Shown here one piece after another: positions 20,251 to 29,519 of a stretch of 64,000 nt of DNA. Position 1 is the first letter of the stretch, and each line of letters begins with the position of its first letter. A program made the position numbers and the translations under genes. The stretch lies in IMG/VR virus record IMGVR_UViG_3300042268_000564; one strand, given 5' to 3'. The DNA is from a virus (taxonomy: Duplodnaviria; Caudoviricetes). The notes beneath the pieces are model-generated. The model saw only the letters and a program-made list of their open reading frames with translations, ran no database searches and was not told where the DNA came from.

Positions 20251-20274
20251 ATTTGGGAAAAAAGGAGGCTGAAA

Positions 20275-21849
20275 ATGCCAAGAAAAGTAAGAAAAGTTGT
20301 AACTGGTAACGATGGTACTCACTACGAAAACACTGGCAATCCACTGGTGGACTTTTTCTCTGCTGCTGGTTCCATGCTTAAAGGTGGAACGGCACCAATA
20401 TTCAGTTCAGCATTGACTGCTGACAAGCTGCGTGCAATGCAATTGCTGTTCTGGCTGCGTGATATTCGTGGCGGGGCTGGTAATCGTTCAGGCTTTAAAG
20501 ATTGTCTGAATCTGCTCGCCAAAGAAGCTACTGAATGGGCAAGAGAAAACATGGACATCATCCCTGAACTCGGCAGATGGGACGACCTGACAGCTTTCAT
20601 TGGCACACCTCTCGAAAAAGAAGCCATTGATATGTGGGCAAAAGCAATTGCCGACGGGAATGGTCTTGCTGCAAAGTGGGCACCAAGGGCAACTAACAAA
20701 GCCAAGAAGCCTGTATTTGACGCTCTCCGCAAGTCGCTGAAAATGTCACCAAAAGACTTCAGAAAAACTTTGGCGCAGAATACGAATGTTATTGAAACCG
20801 CAATGTGTAACAAGGAATTTGATAAAATCAATTACAACCATGTTCCATCTGTTGCAATGAGCCGTTACAAGAAAACATTCTCAAAGCATGACTGCACAAG
20901 ATTCGGCGAATGGATTAACGAAGTCAAGGAAGCTGTCGCAACTGGCAAAAAGGGCAAAGGTGTTGCAAAAATGAACACAAAAGCTTTGTTTCCTCATGAC
21001 ATCGTGAGACAGGTTATGGATGAGCTTGGTGGTCGAGTTAGTTGCTACGGCGGTGGCAGATATGATACTAAGTTCAAGTCAGAATTTGCTGATACTGCAT
21101 TTGCTTCTTTGCCAGATTATATCGGCGACAAAGACCAGAAGATTCTTTGCATCGTAGATTGTAGCGGCTCAATGACAAGTGTTACGAGTGGTTCTGTGTC
21201 CATGATGGATATTGCTCATGGCTTGGGTATGTATTGTTCTGCAAGAATTGCGGAAGATAACCCTTTCCACAAGCTTATTGTGCCATTCTCAAGGACTGCC
21301 AGATTCTTTTCATGGAAAAATCTGCCGTTCAGTAATGCTCTATTCAAGCTGCGTGTCACTGAGAGTGAAGTTGCGTCAACTGACATGTCTGCGACTTTGA
21401 GCCTGATTCTTGACACTGCGAAGCAGTATAAGCTTAAGGCTGAAGATATGCCAACGACTTTAATGATTCTTTCCGACATGCAGTTCAATGGTGCAGTTCA
21501 TTCTGGTGATGATACTGTTTTTGAAAGATTCAAGAAAGAATTCAAGGCTGCTGGTTATAAATTTCCAAAAGTAATTTTTTGGAATCTCAATTCTGGCATG
21601 GGCAACGGCAAACCAACTACAGCTACAGCAAAGAATATGGTGCTTATCAGTGGTTTCTCAGCGAATATTCTTACCTCTGCTCTTAAGGGTGGTGGAATTA
21701 CACCTGAGTCTATCATGATGGACACTATTGGTAAGTATGAAAACTTGGTTAAAATTCCTGCCTCTGAACAGGCTCCTGTAAAAAAGGTAAAGCGGGTAAC
21801 TAAAACTACCGCAACAACTGCCAAAGCAAAAACTACGACCAAAGCGTAA
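20275..21849 (+). CDS. DUF2828-type protein with C-terminal vWA domain (TROVE/Ro60-related)
   Basis: RDIRGGAG.R, GRWDDL, AKWAPR, VPSVAM, PHDIV, MIDAS DCSGSM, SDMQF, FWNL, SGFS; SD AGGAGG before ATG 20275. Confidence 0.85.
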   Translation: MPRKVRKVVTGNDGTHYENTGNPLVDFFSAAGSMLKGGTAPIFSSALTADKLRAMQLLFWLRDIRGGAGNRSGFKDCLNLLAKEATEWARENMDIIPELGRWDDLTAFIGTPLEKEAIDMWAKAIADGNGLAAKWAPRATNKAKKPVFDALRKSLKMSPKDFRKTLAQNTNVIETAMCNKEFDKINYNHVPSVAMSRYKKTFSKHDCTRFGEWINEVKEAVATGKKGKGVAKMNTKALFPHDIVRQVMDELGGRVSCYGGGRYDTKFKSEFADTAFASLPDYIGDKDQKILCIVDCSGSMTSVTSGSVSMMDIAHGLGMYCSARIAEDNPFHKLIVPFSRTARFFSWKNLPFSNALFKLRVTESEVASTDMSATLSLILDTAKQYKLKAEDMPTTLMILSDMQFNGAVHSGDDTVFERFKKEFKAAGYKFPKVIFWNLNSGMGNGKPTTATAKNMVLISGFSANILTSALKGGGITPESIMMDTIGKYENLVKIPASEQAPVKKVKRVTKTTATTAKAKTTTKA

Positions 21850-21855
21850 TTGATT

Positions 21856-21880
21856 GGGCACCTTCGGGTGCCCTTTCTCT
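21856..21880 (+). terminator. Intrinsic terminator
   Basis: GGGCACC-TTCG-GGTGCCC-TTTCT. Confidence 0.75.
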
Positions 21881-21893
21881 AAGGGGATATAGC

Positions 21894-22271
21894 ATGACAT
21901 TGAATATTTGGAATAATATAATTGTCGAGCAAGCTTACGGTGTGTCTACGCCACCATTTGTTGCATTGCACGGTATTTTAAATTCCAGAGACTTGCGGGA
22001 CTTTGTTTTTGTAGATAAAAAGCTTTCTAAAGGTGCCATTATCTTGACCTTTTTGAAATATATGCCAATCACGGTAGAAGGTTTAACAAGAGACGGCAGA
22101 GAAAAAGTTCTCACAATGGTCTTGCGTGGTGAAAAAGTTCGAGTGCGTTCTAAGTTTTTGGACTACAGTGAAACGTATGACATACATGACATGCGATTAA
22201 AAGATGATGTGTTGCTTTTATTGCATAAATCCTTACCGAACAGGTTCTCAGCGGAGCTTGAACTTTTGTAA
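21894..22271 (+). CDS. Hypothetical protein
   Basis: ORF with SD; ends RFSAELELL. Confidence 0.55.
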   Translation: MTLNIWNNIIVEQAYGVSTPPFVALHGILNSRDLRDFVFVDKKLSKGAIILTFLKYMPITVEGLTRDGREKVLTMVLRGEKVRVRSKFLDYSETYDIHDMRLKDDVLLLLHKSLPNRFSAELELL

Positions 22272-22346
22272 TTTTTTTTATTAAAATTTCTTTCTGGCTA
22301 TAAAATATGAATCGGGTAATAAAAAATTCTTGCAGGAGAGCAAACA

Positions 22347-22637
22347 ATGATTAACTATGACGAGCTTTACAATCAACCCTTTCCAGTTTCAGCCATGTCC
22401 TATGATGAGGACGAAGACTTTGACGATGAAGATGACCTCGAAGAGTGGGGCGACGACGAAGAGGACGAAGATTACATGGATGACGAAGATGAGGACGAGG
22501 ACTTTTTCGATGATGAGGATGAAGTTGTAGAATACGATGACGATGATGACCTTGACGACGAAGACCCTGATGATATGGACGATGAGGATTTTGAGGACGA
22601 TGACGAGGACTGGGACGATATAGACGACGATTACTAA
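22347..22637 (+). CDS. Extremely acidic small protein
   Basis: About 61 of 96 residues D/E, no K/R; SD AGGAG; terminator follows. Confidence 0.75.
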   Translation: MINYDELYNQPFPVSAMSYDEDEDFDDEDDLEEWGDDEEDEDYMDDEDEDEDFFDDEDEVVEYDDDDDLDDEDPDDMDDEDFEDDDEDWDDIDDDY

Positions 22638-22736
22638 TTACAGTAAGCCCCTGTAAAATGGGGCTTATTTTTTATAATGCCGCTTGACAATTTTCTGCAT
22701 TTTGATATAATAAAATATAAATGAGGAGGTTAAGTA

Positions 22737-23159
22737 ATGGCTAAGTATGATGTGGTTTATGCCTGTGGCTGTAAGAAGGTTGTTAACCTTTTCGGAAAAA
22801 ATACTGAGAGACAGCGGAAGCTTACTTGGATGACTACTCAAAAGTGCTGGGATTGTCATAAAGCTGAAGAAAGCAGGGAGGCTGCTGAGAAAACAAGCGA
22901 AATGAACCTTGTCTCTCTTGAGGGGTCTGAGAAGCAGGTAGCGTGGGCAAATAAAATTAGAATAGACATGATTAAAGCTTTGCCACCAATTAAGCCAGAA
23001 CATAAAAAAATGATGTTTGGCTATATCAACGAAATCACTAATGCTGCAAAATGGATTAATATGAGATTCACTCCTCTTTACGAAGAAATCAAAACAATGC
23101 ATAAGGCAAAAATGGAAGCTGCTGCAAGACGAGAGAAAGAACCACCCGACATGCTTTAA
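22737..23159 (+). CDS. Phage hypothetical protein
   Basis: LEGSEKQVAWA motif, CxC/CxxC; own promoter. Confidence 0.65.
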   Translation: MAKYDVVYACGCKKVVNLFGKNTERQRKLTWMTTQKCWDCHKAEESREAAEKTSEMNLVSLEGSEKQVAWANKIRIDMIKALPPIKPEHKKMMFGYINEITNAAKWINMRFTPLYEEIKTMHKAKMEAAARREKEPPDML

Positions 23160-23236
23160 TTTTTTTATTTTTTCACTTGACACTTTTTTGTTTTTCATTA
23201 TAATAAAAGTATAGATAAAAAACAAAGGAGCCGAGT

Positions 23237-23572
23237 ATGTATAATCAGGAAAACGCAACCGAAACCCTCAGACAGCTTACCATGAGCAATAATCCTGTTG
23301 GAACACTTACAATGTTCTTGGGTGCTTATCATATCGCTTTCAGTAGTAAAGAATACAATGTAAGCTTCAAATTCAAAGCGAGAGCAAAGAATAGCGTTAA
23401 TTACTGCAAAATCACGTTGACTGCAATGGACGACTACACAATGGAGCTTGGCAGAATCAGAGACAAGCAGGGTGTTCCTACATACAAAAAGGTCGAAGAA
23501 ATCGACGGACTCTACTGGGAAGACCTGAAAGGTGCATTCGAAAGACATACTGGTTTGTATCTCAGCCTGTAA
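23237..23572 (+). CDS. Conserved phage hypothetical protein
   Basis: Own promoter/SD; C-terminal FE.HTGLY.SL. Confidence 0.65.
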   Translation: MYNQENATETLRQLTMSNNPVGTLTMFLGAYHIAFSSKEYNVSFKFKARAKNSVNYCKITLTAMDDYTMELGRIRDKQGVPTYKKVEEIDGLYWEDLKGAFERHTGLYLSL

Positions 23573-23582
23573 GAGGAAAGTT

Positions 23583-23822
23583 ATGGAAAAACTCAATAAA
23601 GAGCTGACCGAACGTATGAGCAAAGCTCTTGAGAATGGTAGATATAGTATAAGGATTGATGCAAAAACACTCCTGATAGAAATCAACCCATTTTCTACTG
23701 TTGAAGCAATGAATAAAGCCGTTGTTGAGGTGTCTGCAAAATGCCCCTGTTGCGCAAAAAAGCGTCTGGCTTACATAGAAACCGGCGAAGAAATAATTTT
23801 GTGCGAGATTGCACCCGACTAA
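23583..23822 (+). CDS. Hypothetical protein (CPCC)
   Basis: SD GAGG. Confidence 0.5.
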   Translation: MEKLNKELTERMSKALENGRYSIRIDAKTLLIEINPFSTVEAMNKAVVEVSAKCPCCAKKRLAYIETGEEIILCEIAPD

Positions 23823-23897
23823 AAATGTAATTGCATAAAATCGCACCTGCGATTATAATAGCTCGTGGGTGTGATTTTTATTTTATTGGAGGTCGGG

Positions 23898-24269
23898 ATG
23901 AACTTGACTACTTTTTGTAATGATGTGCAAGGCAGGACTTATACAGATGTGATTAATGATAGCCGTTTTGATTTTGAGGAAATCTTACATTTTTTCAATT
24001 CTCAGGAACGAATAGACAGAATTTTGGTAGCGCAAGAACATTTCAAGCTTCCCCCTCTTGGCGGCGTGGCTGTTGAAATTGAGCAACATTCCGCTTTTAA
24101 GGTGTTGCAGGAGTCGCCTCGAACTTGCCACCGATTGAAACAAGCTATTGGGGTGATAGTGAGAATTATAATGGAGCAGAATGGTTGGGAAAAGACTGCC
24201 GAAGATGGTTCCATGCTCTCAATTACCAAGCTTTTCAAAAAGGCTAAACTTTATAGGAGGAACGCATGA
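23898..24269 (+). CDS. Hypothetical protein
   Basis: SD GGAGG; TTGCAT-N17-TATAAT upstream. Confidence 0.6.
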   Translation: MNLTTFCNDVQGRTYTDVINDSRFDFEEILHFFNSQERIDRILVAQEHFKLPPLGGVAVEIEQHSAFKVLQESPRTCHRLKQAIGVIVRIIMEQNGWEKTAEDGSMLSITKLFKKAKLYRRNA

Positions 24270-24469
24270 CAAAGGGACAGAAACAAGAAGAGTTGATGAC
24301 AGACATGAAAAATGCACTTGATATTTTGTGGGTGCTGGCGATATCGCTTGAGCACAATACAAAAAGAGAGAACTTTCTGGCACAAAGGGACGCAAAAGAT
24401 GGACAAAAACTCTGCAAAGAATTGCTCAAAAAATACGAAACCGAGTTTGGCAGACTCGGGGTTGGTTAA
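24266..24469 (+). CDS. Hypothetical protein
   Basis: ATGA overlap, SD AGGAGG. Confidence 0.55.
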   Translation: MTKGQKQEELMTDMKNALDILWVLAISLEHNTKRENFLAQRDAKDGQKLCKELLKKYETEFGRLGVG

Positions 24470-24540
24470 TTTTTTTAAAATCGCTTGACATTTTTTTGTA
24501 TTTTATTATAATAAAAGTATAAAGACAAAGGAGCCGAGCG

Positions 24541-24786
24541 ATGAACGAAGCGAAGGAAATCAGAGTCGAGCTTAAAAATAAATTGGGTTATAATTCACGG
24601 CAGGTATCAGTAAGGACTGATGGCTGTGCTATAAGGGTAAATGTTAAAGATAAAAGCATAGACCTTAAGCCTATTAAGGAAATTGCACGGAAATACGAAG
24701 ATATAAGTCGTTGCGAGTATACTCACGAGATTCTTTCTGGTGGCAACACTTTTGTATTTGTTAACTACTCGTGGGATGCTAAATAA
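24541..24786 (+). CDS. Phage hypothetical protein
   Basis: Own promoter/SD. Confidence 0.65.
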   Translation: MNEAKEIRVELKNKLGYNSRQVSVRTDGCAIRVNVKDKSIDLKPIKEIARKYEDISRCEYTHEILSGGNTFVFVNYSWDAK

Positions 24787-24804
24787 GGGATAAGGAGTTT
24801 AACA

Positions 24805-25077
24805 ATGTTAGAGCCGAAATTTGAAGTATTTGAAACTACCGAAGACCTTGTGAACCTTGACAAGCCCTATCGCCATATTATGGTTGAGGGTGTTAAATAT
24901 CGTGCCTCGTCAAATTCCTGCAAAGGTGTTACATTGTTCTACAATGAAGAGACGGGTAAAGCTTACTTCAGATATGAACTTATGGTGCATGACGGAGAAA
25001 ATCTCAGGCTGTGGAACGAAAAAAATCTTCCAAGAGAAATGGAAATTGCAATCGACTTTCAGTTTAAGGTGGTGTGA
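24805..25077 (+). CDS. Hypothetical protein
   Basis: SD AAGGAG. Confidence 0.6.
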   Translation: MLEPKFEVFETTEDLVNLDKPYRHIMVEGVKYRASSNSCKGVTLFYNEETGKAYFRYELMVHDGENLRLWNEKNLPREMEIAIDFQFKVV

Positions 25078-25499
25078 AAATGCGCTTTCATAATTGGAAA
25101 GACATATTCATTGGCACTATTATTGTGTCGTTATTTGTTACCGTTGTGGCAGGTGTTGTTTATGTTTGCATGAATACTGGCACTTACAGAGAGCTTGGCA
25201 GTATTTATGTTGTTGATAAAGAATATGTGAGAGCTTACACGGAAACCAGAACAGAGACTAAATCTTATACTGAGAATGGGAAGACCAAAACGAGACTTGT
25301 AACCCGCAAAATTTATCACCCTGCCGAATACAATGTAACATTCAGGGACGTCAAATATCAGTATCGTTGCGTTGTGAATGACAGTCGTTTTTATGACAAA
25401 GTAAGAACTGACTGCAAATATGACGGTTGTGTTGTATACCGCACTTGGAAAAAAGAAATTGCAGGATTGTGGGGTTTTGAATTTATTGAAAGGAACTGA
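25074..25499 (+). CDS. Membrane-anchored hypothetical protein
   Basis: N-terminal TM, beta-rich domain. Confidence 0.6.
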   Translation: MKMRFHNWKDIFIGTIIVSLFVTVVAGVVYVCMNTGTYRELGSIYVVDKEYVRAYTETRTETKSYTENGKTKTRLVTRKIYHPAEYNVTFRDVKYQYRCVVNDSRFYDKVRTDCKYDGCVVYRTWKKEIAGLWGFEFIERN

Positions 25500-25501
25500 T
25501 T

Positions 25502-26011
25502 ATGTGGAACTTCGTAAATGTGTCGATGGTGACTCGTAGTGGATTAAAGATAAACTACAACTATCGTTTAAAGATAAGTTCAGACCTTGAGTTGGTTAAT
25601 CTTTTTTTTAATACACCATTTGGTCGAGAAAATTATGCAGGTGGTTTTATTGCTCATAAATTAGAAAAGGTTCGTCCCGGCAAGTTATGCGAATGGACTG
25701 GGTCACGCTGTTTGTTCGACATGCAAGCAAGACTCGAAGAATTTAGGGTCATGGACGCAAAAGCAACCTTTGCCGCAGAAAGCCCTTTCGCTACACCAGA
25801 CCAACTCGAACTCTTGAAAAAAGACGCTCGTAAGCGTACGGCTTTGGAAATTGATACAAGTATTACTATCACCGTGTTTAAACAAATGAGTGAAGCCATA
25901 AAAAAGTATGGAGCGATTTATTTGGCTGAAGAAGGTGCCTATTTCCCCCATTCTGAGGATATAATAATTCATAAGCAGAAAAAATCTAAGGAACTAAAAT
26001 GGGACTTTTAA
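25502..26011 (+). CDS. Hypothetical protein
   Basis: Operon-like ORF. Confidence 0.55.
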   Translation: MWNFVNVSMVTRSGLKINYNYRLKISSDLELVNLFFNTPFGRENYAGGFIAHKLEKVRPGKLCEWTGSRCLFDMQARLEEFRVMDAKATFAAESPFATPDQLELLKKDARKRTALEIDTSITITVFKQMSEAIKKYGAIYLAEEGAYFPHSEDIIIHKQKKSKELKWDF

Positions 26012-26581
26012 ATGCAGCTCTATACTTGGCAAGCTATTGATTTTAACCTTGTTTCTGACAAGTCTGACTTAAACTTGTCGCCCTGTTACATGGATGAACA
26101 TAAAGAATTCCGAGAAACATTCCAAAAAGCTTATGATTATCTTTTTGACAGGATTGGCAGACGAGACAATATTTGGTGCTATGGTGCACCAATAATTAAC
26201 GCCAACAAAAATAATAAATTACAATCGTTTAAAAATGAGCGGCTTTGGGTATTAGATGTGCCCGACAAACATATTATTGCCATTGATTCTGATATTTGGG
26301 ACTTTGCTCTGAACAATTGGTATTATCTCAAAGACGAAGTCTACGATGCTCTTTATGGGCATGTTGATGAAAAAGATGAAGATAGGATTGATGAGGCACT
26401 TGCCAGTATTTATGATAAAGACCCTAGAAAATCCTACAAGGATTTGATAAAGCCACTGAAGAAGGCTAACCAATTTCACGACCAGTTTTTAATTCCTTCT
26501 CCCATTAAGAAGAGTTGGGTGGTAAGGACTTTTGTTGTTAATGCAGAGGAGCGAATTTGTGGCGGCAAAAAAAGAAAATAA
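26012..26581 (+). CDS. Hypothetical protein, DUF3841-like
   Basis: LYTWQ...AYDYL...IWC...LDVPD...WD..LN.W...I.KSWV pattern. Confidence 0.5.
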   Translation: MQLYTWQAIDFNLVSDKSDLNLSPCYMDEHKEFRETFQKAYDYLFDRIGRRDNIWCYGAPIINANKNNKLQSFKNERLWVLDVPDKHIIAIDSDIWDFALNNWYYLKDEVYDALYGHVDEKDEDRIDEALASIYDKDPRKSYKDLIKPLKKANQFHDQFLIPSPIKKSWVVRTFVVNAEERICGGKKRK

Positions 26582-26915
26582 GGACATTAGGGCTGATTTC
26601 ATCACTAACATCATGAAAGACTGGAAAGACCTTGACGACGCTTTCATGACTCGAAGGCTAGACAAGACAGAGAAAGAAAAACTCTATGATTATATCGGCA
26701 AACATTTTACAGAGGCGATAAATAAGCTTGATGAATTTGAGCAACTTTTTTATGTTGCGATTGGTTATTACGCCGTAGTAACTAATAATCCGAAAGTGAT
26801 GTTGGATACAGCACGTTATATTATGAATAATAAAGATTTGAATGATGAGCTTCGGCAATTAGCGGCAAAGAAATACAGCGAATGGCTGAAAGCCTCTTAC
26901 ATCAAAGTACAATAG
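26532..26915 (+). CDS. Hypothetical protein
   Basis: Co-oriented ORF; exact start uncertain. Confidence 0.5.
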   Translation: MLLMQRSEFVAAKKENKDIRADFITNIMKDWKDLDDAFMTRRLDKTEKEKLYDYIGKHFTEAINKLDEFEQLFYVAIGYYAVVTNNPKVMLDTARYIMNNKDLNDELRQLAAKKYSEWLKASYIKVQ

Positions 26916-26941
26916 ATATAAATCAAGGCAAGGGAAACAGA

Positions 26942-27265
26942 ATGGATTTAATTAATTGCGAACATTGTAGTAGAGCATTTCGACCACATACATCATTGCA
27001 AAGATATTGTCCTGATAAGTTGTGTCAAAGAGCAAGAAAAACAAATGCCGCACATTTAAGAGCGCAGCGGGTTGATTTGCCAGAAGAAAAGTCTGACAAT
27101 GCCGGATTCATAAAGTTAAAAGCTGAGAATGAACAATTAAAGACAGAGAATGAGCAGCTTAAAAAGGGACTGGCAGATTATAAAGGCAGGTTCGAGCTTT
27201 GCTATAGCAAGTTTGTTATGGTGCATGGTGCTTATAAATATGCTGTTGAGGTAGGCAATGTATGA
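26942..27265 (+). CDS. Zn-finger/coiled-coil hypothetical protein
   Basis: CEHC...YC...C then coiled coil. Confidence 0.55.
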   Translation: MDLINCEHCSRAFRPHTSLQRYCPDKLCQRARKTNAAHLRAQRVDLPEEKSDNAGFIKLKAENEQLKTENEQLKKGLADYKGRFELCYSKFVMVHGAYKYAVEVGNV

Positions 27266-27597
27266 ATGTGTTAAAAGATTGGACTATTGAAGAGCATGGG
27301 AAAGGTTGGGCACTTTATTCAGGCAGAGGCATACCTTGTTTTAGCGACATTCCCGGAGTTGGCATTGCCTGTGGTTCTCACGGAATGAATCTTGTTTATT
27401 TGACTGAGCCAGATAGAAATTTCCCAGAAGTAAAAAAATTGATTGAAGGTGCGCCAGAATTGTTGCAAGCACTTTATGCGACTCATCGTTCATTGCTGGA
27501 AAATCCAGATTATTTAAAAAGCAAACAAGGACAAGACAATGCCAAGCTATTAGCAGGTTTGTCTGATTGTCTTGCGAAACAAGGAGTAAAACCATGA
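27262..27597 (+). CDS. Hypothetical protein
   Basis: LIEGAPELLQAL phage motif. Confidence 0.55.
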   Translation: MNVLKDWTIEEHGKGWALYSGRGIPCFSDIPGVGIACGSHGMNLVYLTEPDRNFPEVKKLIEGAPELLQALYATHRSLLENPDYLKSKQGQDNAKLLAGLSDCLAKQGVKP

Positions 27598-27842
27598 TTT
27601 TTACTGTAAGATTTGAACATCCACAAGTAGGTAACAAAGGGTCAGCAGTTTATTTGAATGTGGATGCTACAGATATGGCAGATGCAATTAAAAAGGCCAG
27701 AGCCGATAAAAGATTTGCAGAAGCTGTTGAAGAATATAACCACCCAGATTCCCCCATAACAGATTCGTTATTTATTGCTTATGCTTCGCCTACTCGTAAA
27801 GCTGGTGAGTTTATGCATTTTGATGGTGACCCTCGACTATGA
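27594..27842 (+). CDS. Hypothetical protein
   Basis: ATGA overlap, SD AAGGAG. Confidence 0.55.
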   Translation: MIFTVRFEHPQVGNKGSAVYLNVDATDMADAIKKARADKRFAEAVEEYNHPDSPITDSLFIAYASPTRKAGEFMHFDGDPRL

Positions 27843-28129
27843 CTTTGATGGCACTGTTTTTTTTATTGTTCATCGTTTATTGCGTGAGAGAAATTGTTCT
27901 CTCTCGGCGTTCTTATAAGTTTTGGGTGGACATTAGAAAAGAGATGGTCGAGAAATACGAAGAATATTACAATGATGTTACTGTTATAGATGCAGCATTC
28001 TCCACGTCAAATGATTCTGACGAGAAAAAGGTTCTTGCTGGCAAAAGAATGGCTAGGATGGATGAATATGATGAATACCTTAGAGGTGTGGACAAACGTA
28101 TGCAAGAAAAGTTGAGCGGCAAAAGATGA
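27839..28129 (+). CDS. Membrane-anchored hypothetical protein
   Basis: N-terminal TM; ATGA overlap. Confidence 0.55.
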   Translation: MTLMALFFLLFIVYCVREIVLSRRSYKFWVDIRKEMVEKYEEYYNDVTVIDAAFSTSNDSDEKKVLAGKRMARMDEYDEYLRGVDKRMQEKLSGKR

Positions 28130-28299
28130 AAAAAGTTGTAATTGAAAATCTGATGTTGGAAAAAACAAATGATGATTATTTCAGCATTAACACCCATGAC
28201 AGAAAGGGTAATTCAATTAAGATTGAAATCACTGCGAAGACAGCTCTTGAAATCGCAAGAGTGTTTCTTAATTGGGTGTGTGCAGCGTGGTTAGAATAA
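28126..28299 (+). CDS. Small hypothetical protein (57 aa, not in ORF track)
   Basis: ATGA overlap; fills the gap. Confidence 0.5.
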   Translation: MKKVVIENLMLEKTNDDYFSINTHDRKGNSIKIEITAKTALEIARVFLNWVCAAWLE

Positions 28300-28303
28300 G
28301 AGC

Positions 28304-28495
28304 ATGACATGCAATAAATGTGGTAGCACACTGACTGCGCCGACTAGAAACGGCTTGCTCACAGAAATGATGTGTCATAAACATCTGCAAGGTGACAAGT
28401 CTCACACAGCTTTTCAGGTTTTTGACCCTGAAGGCAAAATATTTGACACATTCTGTCCAAGAATGGAATTTTTCGTAGTAGAACGCAAGGAGTGA
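28304..28495 (+). CDS. Small Cys-containing protein
   Basis: CNKC...C..H...C. Confidence 0.5.
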   Translation: MTCNKCGSTLTAPTRNGLLTEMMCHKHLQGDKSHTAFQVFDPEGKIFDTFCPRMEFFVVERKE

Positions 28496-28499
28496 TGAG

Positions 28500-29519
28500 A
28501 TGAAAGTTTATAAGACGCCTGCGGGTGAACATGGATTGATTTTGCAGGAGGGGACAGATGATTTTCGTTTGTTTCAGAATTTTCTGGCAACAACGGGTAA
28601 GAATTTGCCTGATACCAGATTAAAGATGCTATTTGAAAAGATGCAGTCTGCTTATCAGAATGCCGAAAATAAGACCGACGCTCCAGCAACGCCAGCAAAT
28701 GTTGTGAGTCAGGGGTATTCAACTCAAACAAATCAGAAGCTTGATGTTATAAGTCAGAAGATTGATTCGGTGATTCGTGCTATCGGTGGCATTGGGAATA
28801 TTAATCCTGCTGCTGCGAAAATTGACTTGTCAGCTCTTGAAGGTGCGATTGCTCGCATGGAAAAAACTATTGGCAATCAACTTGTTGTAAAGATGGAAGC
28901 CCTAACCGAGGGTGTAAGTTTTAACAATCTTTGTGTCGACATTAAAGATATCGTAAAGAAAGAGGTTGCTGAAATAAAATCAACCGTTCAGCAATTATCT
29001 GCATATCACAAACAGATTGACGCAATTAATAATATTGATATTGGTTCGACTCAGTTGCTGCCATCTGCTACGCAAGTGGAATCTATTGTGACTCAGGCTG
29101 CTGCTGATGAATATAAGGCGACAAAAAGGGCAATTGAAGAAGCCAGAACTGAACATGCAAGTGTTGATGAGATAAAAAAGGAAGATGAGGATAAAACCCT
29201 TCCTCGACTTAACCCCGGCGAATCTGTTGATAAAGTAACAATGGAAGATTTTACTAATCCTGCCGAAGATGAAGCAGTTGTACAGGAAGATATTATTCGC
29301 TATCCTGCCAGAAAGAAAAAGAATACTAGACCAAAGTGTTATGGGAATTTTGATTCTACTGATGAATCCCCTTGCAGGTCTTGCGCTTGGGTGAATGATT
29401 GTTCGCTGAATGAGCCAGTTAAGGAAACAAATAAGCCGGGATGTTATGGGCAGTATAAAGCTGATTTGAGGTGTGGTAGCTGTCCTGAAAGTAATGGCTG
29501 CATGAACGACTCGATGTGA
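28500..29519 (+). CDS. Coiled-coil protein with two C-terminal Cys4 motifs
   Basis: PKCYG..CRSC...C and PGCYG..CGSC...C. Confidence 0.65.
   Translation: MKVYKTPAGEHGLILQEGTDDFRLFQNFLATTGKNLPDTRLKMLFEKMQSAYQNAENKTDAPATPANVVSQGYSTQTNQKLDVISQKIDSVIRAIGGIGNINPAAAKIDLSALEGAIARMEKTIGNQLVVKMEALTEGVSFNNLCVDIKDIVKKEVAEIKSTVQQLSAYHKQIDAINNIDIGSTQLLPSATQVESIVTQAAADEYKATKRAIEEARTEHASVDEIKKEDEDKTLPRLNPGESVDKVTMEDFTNPAEDEAVVQEDIIRYPARKKKNTRPKCYGNFDSTDESPCRSCAWVNDCSLNEPVKETNKPGCYGQYKADLRCGSCPESNGCMNDSM

Noticed and set aside
20086-20274. 63-aa N-terminal extension of the DUF2828 ORF in the ORF track
   Set aside because: It spans a structured RNA and terminator; a strong SD precedes ATG 20275.
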